From the sequence record OP557969.1: a stretch of DNA of 64,000 nt; one strand, 5' to 3'. The notes beneath the pieces are model-generated. The model saw only the letters and a program-made list of their open reading frames with translations. It searched no databases and was not told the DNA's origin. Numbering within the stretch: position 1 is the first letter of the stretch; each line of letters begins with the position of its first letter. A program made the position numbers and the translations under genes. This document shows positions 45,247 to 55,772 of the stretch, in pieces.

Positions 45247-45606
45247 ATGAATACCATTAGTATTACGTACTACACAACTAAAAAATACGTTTGTTGTTTA
45301 CTTTCTTTGAAGACTAATGATGATATGTTCAATAATGTGGCATATACATTAGAATTGTCAGAAGATGGTTTTCAATGTCATGAAGCATACTCAAATACAC
45401 GTGAAGATACAATTGATACTACGCTCATGCAAGAGGATGAATTATTTCAAGAAAGTTTAGTATGGGATAAAAAGTACTATTGTGATTTTGATTTTCTATG
45501 TTTAATCCAGAAAGAAATGAAAAGGATCTTCGACAATTATCCAGTGAAGAGATTAAGTTCTGGACCAGAGCAGTACAGGAGGATGATATTCCGATATGAA
45601 GACTAG
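45247..45606 (+). CDS. family C paralog (short type)
   Basis: MQEDELFQESLVWDKKYYC. Confidence 0.85.
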   Translation: MNTISITYYTTKKYVCCLLSLKTNDDMFNNVAYTLELSEDGFQCHEAYSNTREDTIDTTLMQEDELFQESLVWDKKYYCDFDFLCLIQKEMKRIFDNYPVKRLSSGPEQYRRMIFRYED

Positions 45607-45931
45607 ATTAGTAAAAGTAATGTATGCTACACATATTAAACTACTTCTTGTGAAATTTGATTATAATAAAAAACACAATGAGTTTTATACTTTAATTCGT
45701 AATGAAGAATCATTTTCATTGAGATGTAATAATATACCAATGAAAATAAACGATTACACCACATTAGATGAGGGAGAACTATTCCAAGAATCATTAGTTA
45801 TTGATAGTAATATAAAAATAGATATAGAAATTATTAAGCAGTACCAGACGTTATTAAACAAAATTATGAATTGTTATCCCTGTAGAATAGAAGGTAATAT
45901 GCAATTTAAATCGAAAATGTACGAGTTGTGA
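45596..45931 (+). CDS. family C paralog (short type)
   Basis: LDEGELFQESLVID. Confidence 0.85.
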   Translation: MKTRLVKVMYATHIKLLLVKFDYNKKHNEFYTLIRNEESFSLRCNNIPMKINDYTTLDEGELFQESLVIDSNIKIDIEIIKQYQTLLNKIMNCYPCRIEGNMQFKSKMYEL

Positions 45932-45938
45932 GGTTTTT

Positions 45939-46475
45939 ATGTTAGATAAAATAATCAATACTGGAACACCATACAACCATCTTAAGTTGGATACATTTGA
46001 GTCAGCATTAAGTACTGCCCAAGATATAATTGATATTATTAAGTACATTAAAGAAAATAAGATAAAATGTTTAAAAAAGATAAATCATTCAATGTACAAA
46101 GATGACGACATTCATGTATCAGTTCTAAAGCCAAAAGATAAAGTAAATGGGAGAGATTTTTATAATAATAGTGGACAGTATGAATGCGAATATGACCCAG
46201 AATTTCGTGGCGGGTTCATGTGCTACAGTAAAAATGACACATCACATATTGAGATACGTACAATAAACGGTGGTATAACTAGATTGGAGTTCATTGATAT
46301 AGTTTTAAATCAGGAAAATTACTTCCAACAAACATTAATTTATCCTTCTTATTATGTAGGAGTACTATTCATGTACAAGTACTTCTATGTGCACTTAAAT
46401 GAAGATTTCTATATAGACTTAGAAGATTACCAATTAGTATGGGAAGAAATGATAGAACTTCGCAATAACACTTGA
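45939..46475 (+). CDS. family C paralog (long type)
   Basis: LNQENYFQQTLIY. Confidence 0.85.
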   Translation: MLDKIINTGTPYNHLKLDTFESALSTAQDIIDIIKYIKENKIKCLKKINHSMYKDDDIHVSVLKPKDKVNGRDFYNNSGQYECEYDPEFRGGFMCYSKNDTSHIEIRTINGGITRLEFIDIVLNQENYFQQTLIYPSYYVGVLFMYKYFYVHLNEDFYIDLEDYQLVWEEMIELRNNT

Positions 46476-46501
46476 CCCCCACCAAATCTTTGTGATATAA
46501 T
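46472..46501 (+). promoter_or_regulatory. sigma70-type promoter
   Basis: TTGACC-18-TATAAT with TG extension. Confidence 0.6.
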
Positions 46502-46534
46502 CTCTTTAAATTAATTGTAAAGGGTTATATCGCA

Positions 46535-47008
46535 ATGTCACCAGACCTCAATTTCGATAATGCACAAAAAATCGCACAATATATCATTAAACTTCATAAG
46601 TTTCTCATAACAGTTAAAGAGGATATAATTCTACCCAAAGGTAAACTTTATGTGGGCAAAAATTATTTGTCATATCGTGGAAATTTATTGTATACTACAG
46701 ATGAAAATTTCTGTGGTATTCGTGTAATTGACGATGTACCAACAGGAAACTTTATCTCATATTGTTTCCGTACATCTAGTCGTTTTAAGTACTATCATCC
46801 TAGATATGATGATGAACATGACACATTTGATGTTAGGACAGAAGAAGATTTTTTCCAGAACAGTACTTTACACGATGAGAGAATTGTGTTGAGTTCTACA
46901 ATTTTTACAGTTCTTAAAGATGAACTCAACGACGCAAATGATAGATTCTATATGGATTTAAACTTCGTAGATGAAATTATGGAGTACATGGAGACGAATG
47001 GTTTATGA
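46535..47008 (+). CDS. family C paralog (long type)
   Basis: RTEEDFFQNSTLHD. Confidence 0.85.
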   Translation: MSPDLNFDNAQKIAQYIIKLHKFLITVKEDIILPKGKLYVGKNYLSYRGNLLYTTDENFCGIRVIDDVPTGNFISYCFRTSSRFKYYHPRYDDEHDTFDVRTEEDFFQNSTLHDERIVLSSTIFTVLKDELNDANDRFYMDLNFVDEIMEYMETNGL

Positions 47009-47475
47009 TTACAACAACATATGATTACGATGGTGTTTTGGAATTTGCATCTAACATTCATCGCATTGCTAAGGAGTTCAGAAGTCCCGAACCGTTTGGT
47101 GGAATGTTCCATTATGACATGTTCAGTTCACCCAAAGGAAAACTTGCCTATAAAAATAATAAGGGTAATCAAGTATATGCTGAAATCTTTGACGATAATG
47201 ACTTTCACTACAAAGCCGAATACATTTCATATTGTCCTGGGTCTGATTTGAAGATTTATATTGATAGGGATAAAGAAAATGTATTTGTTCCATATACTGA
47301 TTTAGTCTTCATGTCAGAGGAAATGTACTTTCAGGAATCATTGATTCATGATATAAAAGTTCTTAATGCTATATTATTATATGGTACACTACTTAATTAT
47401 TACAAATACAATCAAAGATTCTTTTTAGATTTAGAAGTATACTATATATGCGTGGATTATTTGAATGCAAAATAA
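47005..47475 (+). CDS. family C paralog (long type)
   Basis: MSEEMYFQESLIHD. Confidence 0.85.
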   Translation: MITTTYDYDGVLEFASNIHRIAKEFRSPEPFGGMFHYDMFSSPKGKLAYKNNKGNQVYAEIFDDNDFHYKAEYISYCPGSDLKIYIDRDKENVFVPYTDLVFMSEEMYFQESLIHDIKVLNAILLYGTLLNYYKYNQRFFLDLEVYYICVDYLNAK

Positions 47476-47827
47476 GAAAACAATTCAGTACATCACTGAT
47501 GGCAATGAATACTTTGCTTCAAGATATGAATTCAGTGAGGGTCATTTCGTAACTTATATACCTGAATATAATCAGTTTTATCTCCAGATTTACCAAAAAG
47601 ATTCCAATATAAATGAATTATATACCGAAATAAAAATCCCAGATTATAGTACTTTATCAGAAGAGGAATTGTTTCAGGAGAGCACGATCAGTACTGAAGA
47701 TGTATACGAACTAATTGAATATCAGAAGGTACTTAAATATTTCCATAAATCACATGATATAGAAATGGATATGGTTAAACCGTGGCGTTATAATACATAT
47801 GAGGTAAATTATGTTAGAAATGATTAA
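47465..47827 (+). CDS. family C paralog (short type)
   Basis: LSEEELFQESTI. Confidence 0.85.
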   Translation: MQNKKTIQYITDGNEYFASRYEFSEGHFVTYIPEYNQFYLQIYQKDSNINELYTEIKIPDYSTLSEEELFQESTISTEDVYELIEYQKVLKYFHKSHDIEMDMVKPWRYNTYEVNYVRND

Positions 47828-48224
47828 AATCATACAACGCTGTCTTGTTGACAAATATGGTATATATGGATATAGTTTAAGTGCTCCTATTGACAAAAAC
47901 AAAACAACCTATGTAAGCTATAATGCAGTGCGTGGGTTTGATATATTCATTAGTACTAATCATCAAATTAAACAAGCTAAAGATGTGTCTATGATGGCCC
48001 CTGACGAGTTGTTTCAGTACAGCTTAGTTCTTCCTACATGTATCGATATACATCGTCTAGGAGCTATACAGAAGGTTTTACGTGAACATAAAATACTACC
48101 TAATAAAATTACACACATCCCAGAAACAATCTTCAAAACCATAGAAGTAGAAACCCCTGATTATATGTTAAGTGATGATGAGTTCTACGAGAAGCACTTC
48201 CCTGGTAAAGTTTGGAGAGACTAA
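47811..48224 (+). CDS. family C paralog (short type)
   Basis: MAPDELFQYSLVL. Confidence 0.8.
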   Translation: MLEMIKIIQRCLVDKYGIYGYSLSAPIDKNKTTYVSYNAVRGFDIFISTNHQIKQAKDVSMMAPDELFQYSLVLPTCIDIHRLGAIQKVLREHKILPNKITHIPETIFKTIEVETPDYMLSDDEFYEKHFPGKVWRD

Positions 48225-48691
48225 TGAACCGAAAGTACAGAGAAACTATGAAGTTCACTAAGGAGTGTTTAGAGGTAGTTGATTTCATTTTCGATAACAA
48301 AGACTCTCTGGGTCATCACTTCGTAATTACAAAGAAAGAAGATAAGAGATACAAGTGTCAAAGACTAGGATACAGTATTGAGTTCTCCTTAATGAGTGAT
48401 GGAATGATTAACTCCTTATATGAATGTGGGAAGACTGATTACATTTCATTTAGATCATGGAGTGATAATATAATGTTCTTGAGTCCTAATGGAAGTAAAT
48501 ATCCATTTCTTAATGATTTATCAGAAGAAAGTTACTTTCAAAATAGTTTAATTTACACAGAAAAAGAACTCAAGATGCTATTCATTATGTCGTACTTTAA
48601 AAAGTACTGCAAATTTAAATTATTATCTTTTGAGATTTCATCAATGAAAGTATTCATTAAAAATGTAAAAGAATTAAAGAGGGTTTTTTGA
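48224..48691 (+). CDS. family C paralog (long type)
   Basis: LSEESYFQNSLIY. Confidence 0.85.
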   Translation: MNRKYRETMKFTKECLEVVDFIFDNKDSLGHHFVITKKEDKRYKCQRLGYSIEFSLMSDGMINSLYECGKTDYISFRSWSDNIMFLSPNGSKYPFLNDLSEESYFQNSLIYTEKELKMLFIMSYFKKYCKFKLLSFEISSMKVFIKNVKELKRVF

Positions 48692-49233
48692 TGTACATAG
48701 AAAATGATAATGTAAAATGCATTTCTGACATTTGTATAAAATTAATGAAAATTTTCATTAACCCAAAATACAAGACTCGTTTATTACGTCATAACATTGA
48801 TGAACATTGTGTAATTACTATTTTAGGTAGTATGCTTGATGTAAAGTACGATGGAAAAATTCTTTTTGGTATAAGAGAAGAAAAGATTGAAGATTCCTTC
48901 TTTACTCCTAAAGATAAATTTGAACCTTCTGATTATAAAGTAATTATTCGTGATGATACACTATACATTAGTAGTGATTATTCCAACTTTTTGGACCAAA
49001 TATATACTGAAAATGTTGACTACTATCATGAATTATTAGATTTACCAAAAACTGACATAGATATGGAGAGAATTAAATTTTCATTATCATATAATGAGTT
49101 CTTAGGTATACAAACATATTATTCACTCAAAGGAAAGATTCCACCTTCTATGTATATAAGGATTGAGATTGGTAATGTATTCAATGAAAAAGTTCTATCA
49201 ATTGCTGATAAAATATTGAGGGTTGAATTATGA
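48691..49233 (+). CDS. divergent family C-like protein
   Basis: same size and layout; MERIKFSLSY weak motif. Confidence 0.7.
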   Translation: MYIENDNVKCISDICIKLMKIFINPKYKTRLLRHNIDEHCVITILGSMLDVKYDGKILFGIREEKIEDSFFTPKDKFEPSDYKVIIRDDTLYISSDYSNFLDQIYTENVDYYHELLDLPKTDIDMERIKFSLSYNEFLGIQTYYSLKGKIPPSMYIRIEIGNVFNEKVLSIADKILRVEL

Positions 49234-49802
49234 ATATTATGAATTTTACAAATTACCAATTTCATAGGCTTGAATTTCGTCATTGTGTTGCATTTGCAAA
49301 AACATTGATGTGTATCATTGACACTCTTTCAAACAAATCATTTCTAAAGGATAATGATTTATTTCTGAAAAAAAATCGTGTGGCATCATCCGATGTCGGT
49401 GTCGAACTATATGTTGAGATCAGTGTTGATACGGAAGATAGTTCAAGAGTGGGGTGTATTGGCACTATTGGTACACATTGTTTTACATGGAATCCAAATA
49501 CAAGTCAAGTTCGTATTGATAGAAACAATTCACGTTGGGTTAATCTTAGTACTGAACCCGATTTAGAATCAGTAATGTTTCAGTTGAGTTTAATACACGA
49601 ACCTAATGAACTTCTTTATATTATTGTATTCAGTTATCTTTCACAAAATTACGATAAACCAACAGGGTTTTTCATAGAATCGGATATAGATGAAATTATG
49701 GAAGAGATTCCTAGTTTAAAGCATATTTTAGTACAGAAAGATTTCTATGAAGACTTCAGAGATTTATATGACATGCACTTAGGGTTATTTAAGAATGGAT
49801 AA
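49230..49802 (+). CDS. family C paralog (long type)
   Basis: DLESVMFQLSLIHE. Confidence 0.8.
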   Translation: MNIMNFTNYQFHRLEFRHCVAFAKTLMCIIDTLSNKSFLKDNDLFLKKNRVASSDVGVELYVEISVDTEDSSRVGCIGTIGTHCFTWNPNTSQVRIDRNNSRWVNLSTEPDLESVMFQLSLIHEPNELLYIIVFSYLSQNYDKPTGFFIESDIDEIMEEIPSLKHILVQKDFYEDFRDLYDMHLGLFKNG

Positions 49803-50313
49803 AGATGGTATTCTAATTAGACTAATTAAGAGTTTGATGAAGTTCACAAATAATGATGTCGATACATACAAAGTTGGGGATATTGAATTCAAATCATTTG
49901 GTATGTACGGTGAAGCCAAAACATATTATGCATCAATAAAATTACAAGAATCACACGAAATGTTAATATCGTTATCATACGAAGATGTTGACCCAAGATG
50001 GAGTTCCAGTATCTCGTTATCGAGAATGGTAATTCGTAATAATCACCGATACATTTCGTCAAGGAATACTCCTAACTTGTTTGATATTGTTTTGAATGAA
50101 AATACCAACCCTATATCTAAACATGATATCGTACCTTTAACTGATGAAGTTCGTTTTCAGTTGAGCACCATTTGTGACGAAGATGTAATATCATGTATGA
50201 AAATTTACGAGAAGGTTGGGAGTGATATTCCCATGAACTATTACCTAACCATCGATGGAACGTACATCCGAGATGATGTTCTTGTGTACATTGACAGTGT
50301 TTTACCAAAATAA
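49795..50313 (+). CDS. family C paralog (long type)
   Basis: TDEVRFQLSTICD. Confidence 0.8.
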   Translation: MDKDGILIRLIKSLMKFTNNDVDTYKVGDIEFKSFGMYGEAKTYYASIKLQESHEMLISLSYEDVDPRWSSSISLSRMVIRNNHRYISSRNTPNLFDIVLNENTNPISKHDIVPLTDEVRFQLSTICDEDVISCMKIYEKVGSDIPMNYYLTIDGTYIRDDVLVYIDSVLPK

Positions 50314-50333
50314 AGACCCGTATGGGTCTTTTT
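50312..50333 (+). terminator. intrinsic terminator
   Basis: AAAGACCC-GTAT-GGGTCTTT and T-run. Confidence 0.8.
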
Positions 50334-50400
50334 GTGTTTTAGGCTTTACATAAGCATTCAGGTGTGTTATACTTGATTTTAAATAAAATTGGAGGAATAT

Positions 50401-50964
50401 ATGAGTACTGAATTAATTAAAGAAGTCACATTACTTCTGAAACATTGTTTTAAGTACATTCCTGATACTGGTTCACGCCAGTACATTAAAGTTAATGAGA
50501 AATATAACATTAATGTCTTAAAGAATGAAACCGTTAACAGTTATGCAAACATTGAGTTAGATGTTGAGGACAAATACACAGCATTACACATCATTTCGTC
50601 AGGCGATAGAAAACAAGATTATCGTTCTACATTTTATGATGAGAGTGTTACTGTTGGTTATAACTTTCATAAAAATAAAATTGCGTACAAGAATACATAC
50701 ACACATGAAGTAATTGAAGAGTACAATTATAAAATTAAAAAAGACGAGTACGATGTACTTTTATTCAATGCGAACCTCATACATAATGCTTGCACAGTTC
50801 GCAATCTTATGTTAGCATATGAAATTCCAAAGGTGATAGAAAGAAATGAATTGATAATCTTCAAAACTATTTTAAAATTCAGTACAGAAGAATTAGAAGA
50901 ACTAGTACTGGCTCTTAAGATGTTCATCAATGAATATGTGCCTGTTAAATTAGAGGACTTATAA
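50401..50964 (+). CDS. divergent family C-like protein
   Basis: GGAGG RBS; YDVLLFNANLIHN. Confidence 0.75.
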   Translation: MSTELIKEVTLLLKHCFKYIPDTGSRQYIKVNEKYNINVLKNETVNSYANIELDVEDKYTALHIISSGDRKQDYRSTFYDESVTVGYNFHKNKIAYKNTYTHEVIEEYNYKIKKDEYDVLLFNANLIHNACTVRNLMLAYEIPKVIERNELIIFKTILKFSTEELEELVLALKMFINEYVPVKLEDL

Positions 50965-51548
50965 TGCAAGCTGAACACATTCAAATTATGAATTTGATGC
51001 ATGACATTGCGGAACTATCTGATAAGTACGATATTACTGTTCATGAGTCTATTGGAAATTATCGACTTAAAGTTGAAAACAAATCACCACATCGTTTTGG
51101 TTCTGTGACACTGGAGTCTTATAAAGATTACGGTTATGGAACGGCAAAAAAGGGTTTCTGGGATACTATGGCAATGTATATACGTACATCAAGACGTAGA
51201 GAACAAATCGGTTCAATTACGCCAAATATGATATTTGTCAATGCTGTACACAGTGATATTAATCGAATTGTTGAATCTAATTTTGGTGACGTTGAGAACG
51301 ATACATATTTGGAAATTCCACCAGAACTAGACCAATGTGAAGACATTCGTGAAGCATACATTTTCCAGAGATCATTACTTAACAACTTCAATGAGTTTCA
51401 GTACTTGATGCTTTGTTATGAAGCTGCAAAAGCTATTAAGACTGGTGAATTGGTAATGTATAATAATTTCATTAACTGCAAATCCGATACACTTAAAGAG
51501 TTACACACTGCCATCAAAAACATCAAGGATACATATGAACGCTTATAG
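50964..51548 (+). CDS. family C paralog (long type)
   Basis: REAYIFQRSLLN. Confidence 0.8.
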   Translation: MQAEHIQIMNLMHDIAELSDKYDITVHESIGNYRLKVENKSPHRFGSVTLESYKDYGYGTAKKGFWDTMAMYIRTSRRREQIGSITPNMIFVNAVHSDINRIVESNFGDVENDTYLEIPPELDQCEDIREAYIFQRSLLNNFNEFQYLMLCYEAAKAIKTGELVMYNNFINCKSDTLKELHTAIKNIKDTYERL

Positions 51549-52113
51549 TTATATGACAGAACGTCATCAGATATTATATGATATCAGTACTAAAATGTTA
51601 TCAATCGTTAATAGTGGAAAAGAAATTGAAAAACAATACCTCATCCGTGATGTAGCAATTTCATCTAAATGTTGGTCCAATGAATATTACAACCACGGTA
51701 TTCTTACGATTTCTGGTGCTAGAAATATTTGTATTGTAAAAAATAAAAACAAAAGTAATGAAGAGTGTGAGATTAGAACCGATATACAAATTAAGGATGA
51801 TGGAAGTTTTTCACACTACCCATTTCATATTAGTACTATTGGTGTTTTATATAATATTAAAGTACTATTCGGTGATGAAGAGTATAAGTTAAAATATATC
51901 GACCCAGAATCGAGTACAGTCCAAGAAGACCTGTTTCAGATGAGCACAATTATGCCCGAAGAAGTTCTTAGTACTGTTGTTTTTTGTAGTTTAATTTATC
52001 ACGAATACAAAAAGAACCAATTCGATTTCCACATGATAGGAACGTACATCTTCAATAATTTGAATGTAGATCGTTTAAAAGCATTAAATTCAGCAATGGA
52101 TAAGGTGCTATAA
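51535..52113 (+). CDS. family C paralog (long type)
   Basis: VQEDLFQMSTIM. Confidence 0.8.
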   Translation: MNAYSYMTERHQILYDISTKMLSIVNSGKEIEKQYLIRDVAISSKCWSNEYYNHGILTISGARNICIVKNKNKSNEECEIRTDIQIKDDGSFSHYPFHISTIGVLYNIKVLFGDEEYKLKYIDPESSTVQEDLFQMSTIMPEEVLSTVVFCSLIYHEYKKNQFDFHMIGTYIFNNLNVDRLKALNSAMDKVL

Positions 52114-52541
52114 TGACAAGAGATGATTGTTTGTACATATGGGATGTAGTTGAAAATACACTTTCAAATCCAGAAAAATATAAAACACAAAAAAGACAGC
52201 GACATAAAACATGGATAGATTTGTTCGTTGAGGACATACACGCAGTGACTATTTGGGATTCACCGAGGGCATCAGCATCTACTCTATTGGACAATGAATG
52301 TATTGATTGCATTAATTCCACTTTTCATCTACACGGTTCTACAATTTTCGGTACATTTCTGGATATTGAAAATAAAGATGATATTGATTCACTTGCGTTA
52401 CAATATCAAGTACTGTATAATACTAAATTAATTTATGATTTAGTTCTAGCTTCTTATGTGTATAAATTAATGAAGAAATATAATTATATTTCTGTTTCAG
52501 TTTATACTAAGGATATTCTTTCATTAAGAGACAAAACATGA
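52113..52541 (+). CDS. divergent family C-like protein
   Basis: IDSLALQYQVLY. Confidence 0.7.
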   Translation: MTRDDCLYIWDVVENTLSNPEKYKTQKRQRHKTWIDLFVEDIHAVTIWDSPRASASTLLDNECIDCINSTFHLHGSTIFGTFLDIENKDDIDSLALQYQVLYNTKLIYDLVLASYVYKLMKKYNYISVSVYTKDILSLRDKT

Positions 52542-53047
52542 ATTTATTAAATGCACGCGAATTGGTTGAGATGTATGAGATATTGTCTACATATAAAAAT
52601 TCACCTGACGATGTAATTATCAACAAAAAGTTCCATGTCAGTGTTGATCATATGACAAATATAGATATGATTTCTTTGGTTGAAAGTAATAAGTCAGGTC
52701 TTGAACGTGATATCATGCGTTTGATTTATATTCCCAAACCATCATATCCTAATGATAGTTCAATTAGTAATGAGACTTTTATATATAATCCTTATACTGA
52801 TTGTACTTTAGTTTCGGTATCGAATCAGAAACAAGATACTTTTCAATTCATCTATACCAGTACTGATAACCTTGAAGAAATCGAATTCCAAAATAATACA
52901 TTAAGTCCATGTGGAAGTATTATTGCATTCATGTCATATCTGTGGTCAATCAAATCAGATACCATAGTATATAGTTCAAATTATACACAGGATTGTATTG
53001 TTGAATCATTTAAAGTTCTAAAGGAATACTATGAAAATAACAAATGA
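52538..53047 (+). CDS. family C paralog (long type)
   Basis: LEEIEFQNNTL. Confidence 0.8.
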   Translation: MNLLNARELVEMYEILSTYKNSPDDVIINKKFHVSVDHMTNIDMISLVESNKSGLERDIMRLIYIPKPSYPNDSSISNETFIYNPYTDCTLVSVSNQKQDTFQFIYTSTDNLEEIEFQNNTLSPCGSIIAFMSYLWSIKSDTIVYSSNYTQDCIVESFKVLKEYYENNK

Positions 53048-53612
53048 TTTTATTAAAAGTTTAGTACACCCTATGCTTAGTGTTATGAAAAAATCACAGT
53101 CTCTACCTGAAGATAACGATTACAAGTATAATCGTTTTGATTCAGATGTGTTTTGTATTGAAATGGAAATTAATAACAATCGTGATTTTTATTTAAAATT
53201 CAAAGAATCTTCAAGTTCGTACTACAATTTTGACATGAATTTCAAAATGGACACAAATATTGAAGAAAACGCAATTTCAAATCATATTAGTAGAAATGGT
53301 TTTATGTATAGATCTAATATGCATAATAATAAAAAAAGTGTTAGATCTAAATGGAACCAGCAATTCACTAAAATTTGTGAAATTGATAGCAGTACTTTTG
53401 GTGAAGAACAATATTTTCAATTAAGCACAATTCATGAACTACCACCATATGATTTTGTTAAAACATGGTTTGATATTCATAATATAATTGATGAAACAAT
53501 TGAACTTCCATTTAGTTTATCAATATCATATACTGCAACTAAAACGTTTATTTTTACTGAAGATATGATTATGAAAAAAATATGGGCAATGCTCCCTCTT
53601 ATGAGTGATTAA
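53031..53612 (+). CDS. family C paralog (long type)
   Basis: FGEEQYFQLSTIHE. Confidence 0.85.
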   Translation: MKITNDFIKSLVHPMLSVMKKSQSLPEDNDYKYNRFDSDVFCIEMEINNNRDFYLKFKESSSSYYNFDMNFKMDTNIEENAISNHISRNGFMYRSNMHNNKKSVRSKWNQQFTKICEIDSSTFGEEQYFQLSTIHELPPYDFVKTWFDIHNIIDETIELPFSLSISYTATKTFIFTEDMIMKKIWAMLPLMSD

Positions 53613-53624
53613 CGGAGAAACTAC

Positions 53625-54176
53625 ATGAATCAAAGTCATGATCTTTTTAAATTATGTGCATCCAAAGATGTTGAAGGATGGACAGATAAAGTCAATACAA
53701 TCATCAATAGATTCCGAGTCTTTAGTGCTCGTGCACGAAGTGATGGTTCTATGAATTTCAAATATTCAATGACAATTGATGGTGTTGTAATTCATGTAGA
53801 TGAAGAAAAACTATCTATTAATCTACATGATTCATGTGTATTTGCTATTCATCAAAAGATGGGTTCAGGATGGGGTTGCAACAACATGAACTCAAAAGCA
53901 TTCTTTTGGGTTGGTCATTACAATACAGTTCTTGATCCTTCCATCAAATCCAATCTATTAGTTAATAATATCGTTTATGATTTATCGTATCCAGAAGAGT
54001 CACATTTTCAATTGAGTACATTACATAATTTAGTCAAATATGAAGATTGTGTCAAAGCATTAGAATTATGTCATTCAATTGATCTTAAAGATAAGTTGAT
54101 ACAAATTTACCCGTTGTTCTTCCATGAAGAAGTACAATGCACACTTGAACATATTTTATATGGGTACGATAAATGA
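53625..54176 (+). CDS. family C paralog (long type)
   Basis: PEESHFQLSTLHN. Confidence 0.85.
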   Translation: MNQSHDLFKLCASKDVEGWTDKVNTIINRFRVFSARARSDGSMNFKYSMTIDGVVIHVDEEKLSINLHDSCVFAIHQKMGSGWGCNNMNSKAFFWVGHYNTVLDPSIKSNLLVNNIVYDLSYPEESHFQLSTLHNLVKYEDCVKALELCHSIDLKDKLIQIYPLFFHEEVQCTLEHILYGYDK

Positions 54177-54775
54177 GAAAAAGTTACCAAGAAGCTATTG
54201 ACCTAATTCGAGAAGTTATTAAGGTTGCACCAGGTGCAATAGCATTCAAGAAGTCTCTATATAAGAAATATGGTCCCATGTCAAGTATGTGCTGTCAAAA
54301 GAAACGTAGTAAATTCACTACGCAGTACTGGCATGACTCTATTATCTTGAGTAATGAACATCAGCGTATTTTAACAATCGAATCAGTAGATAATCAATAT
54401 GGGGAAGGATTGATTTGTATTCCTGACTATGATGAAATTAATTTCAATTGTGGGGATTATGAGACAACATTATTATTACACGAGGGTTATCCTGAAGGTG
54501 ATGTAATGGCAGAGTATAATCCAAAAACAAAAATACTGAAACGTGGTATACAGTTCAAAATCGATAACAAAGATGATGTGGAAGCTGCACTAATGCAACT
54601 GAGTACAAGCGAACCTATCTCTATTGATGTAGAAGAGTTATGGGGAATCATTTCAGTACTTAATGAGTGTTATAAAATTAAATCATTGCATAAGTACTCT
54701 ATAATTTTACATACTAATTGTGCAATGATAAAATGTAAGAACATACAAGAGATGGTGGTTCCAGATGAACTTTAA
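54173..54775 (+). CDS. family C paralog (long type)
   Basis: VEAALMQLSTSE. Confidence 0.75.
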   Translation: MRKSYQEAIDLIREVIKVAPGAIAFKKSLYKKYGPMSSMCCQKKRSKFTTQYWHDSIILSNEHQRILTIESVDNQYGEGLICIPDYDEINFNCGDYETTLLLHEGYPEGDVMAEYNPKTKILKRGIQFKIDNKDDVEAALMQLSTSEPISIDVEELWGIISVLNECYKIKSLHKYSIILHTNCAMIKCKNIQEMVVPDEL

Positions 54776-55349
54776 AGAAATAGAAAGTAAAATTAAGTAC
54801 TTCAAAGATATCAAAAAACTTTGGGAAAAGTATAAAATTGTTTATCAATTCCAAGATGATGATACTGTTCAAACCATTGATATTAGTATTCGTGTGAAGT
54901 TCAAGAATGGTAGTTATGGTGAAGTTAAATTGAATTCTATGGGTGTATATCTTAGAGACTATGATGGTTCCACTCTTGCACAATTTGACTTCACACCTGA
55001 CCCTGATGATATGTTACTGAGTGAAATCAATGCGTATGACCTTGAGATGTTTGGTGGGAAACCTTTATTATTCCGCTTATCAGATGAATGGGATGAGGTT
55101 TACTACACATACAAAGATGGAGTGATTCGAGACGTGAATGATGAGGTTGTAAATGATATGGAAGAACGTCTATTCCAAGAATCATGTGTGTCATCTGAGT
55201 CATATACATACCAATACCTACTTGACATGTTCGATTTGTATAGTAAAATAGATTCAGAAATGGGTACATTGGGTATTCATTATCTCACAATAAATGACTA
55301 TGCTCAACTCGAAACCGCAGTGAAAGCATTATCTAAAGTTCTGAAATAG
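54765..55349 (+). CDS. family C paralog (long type)
   Basis: MEERLFQESCV. Confidence 0.8.
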   Translation: MNFKEIESKIKYFKDIKKLWEKYKIVYQFQDDDTVQTIDISIRVKFKNGSYGEVKLNSMGVYLRDYDGSTLAQFDFTPDPDDMLLSEINAYDLEMFGGKPLLFRLSDEWDEVYYTYKDGVIRDVNDEVVNDMEERLFQESCVSSESYTYQYLLDMFDLYSKIDSEMGTLGIHYLTINDYAQLETAVKALSKVLK

Positions 55350-55358
55350 GAATGAATT

Positions 55359-55772
55359 ATGAAACTGTATCATGCGAGTACTGTAAAAATTGATAACTTT
55401 TATATCCCGTATGGTGGCCTTCATATGGGAGGTAAACACAGTGCACTTGAAGCTGCATTACGCAAGCTAAGAAGCCCACTGAACGTTGTTGCCGCTGATA
55501 CAGTATACTTGCATACTTTAGAAGTTGATGTTGACAACGTGCTTCTATGGGAGGATTTGGGTAGTGATGATGAGTGGCGTTCACTAATTGAACATTGTAA
55601 TTCTAAAGGTTACGATGCTGTTCAATACACAAATGAATACGAGCCGGATAATGTTCCTAGTTATATGATTTGGGATACGTCTAAGGTTCGCATTGTCGAA
55701 GTTGATGCTATGCATATGGATGATGCAGAAATGATCATCGAAGATTTCCTTGATGAATATGAAGGTGTATAA
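55359..55772 (+). CDS. ADP-ribosyltransferase-fold protein (PolyVal-ART-like)
   Basis: LYHAS start, GLHMG strand, GYDAVQY and SYMIWDTSKVRI terminal motifs. Confidence 0.6.
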   Translation: MKLYHASTVKIDNFYIPYGGLHMGGKHSALEAALRKLRSPLNVVAADTVYLHTLEVDVDNVLLWEDLGSDDEWRSLIEHCNSKGYDAVQYTNEYEPDNVPSYMIWDTSKVRIVEVDAMHMDDAEMIIEDFLDEYEGV

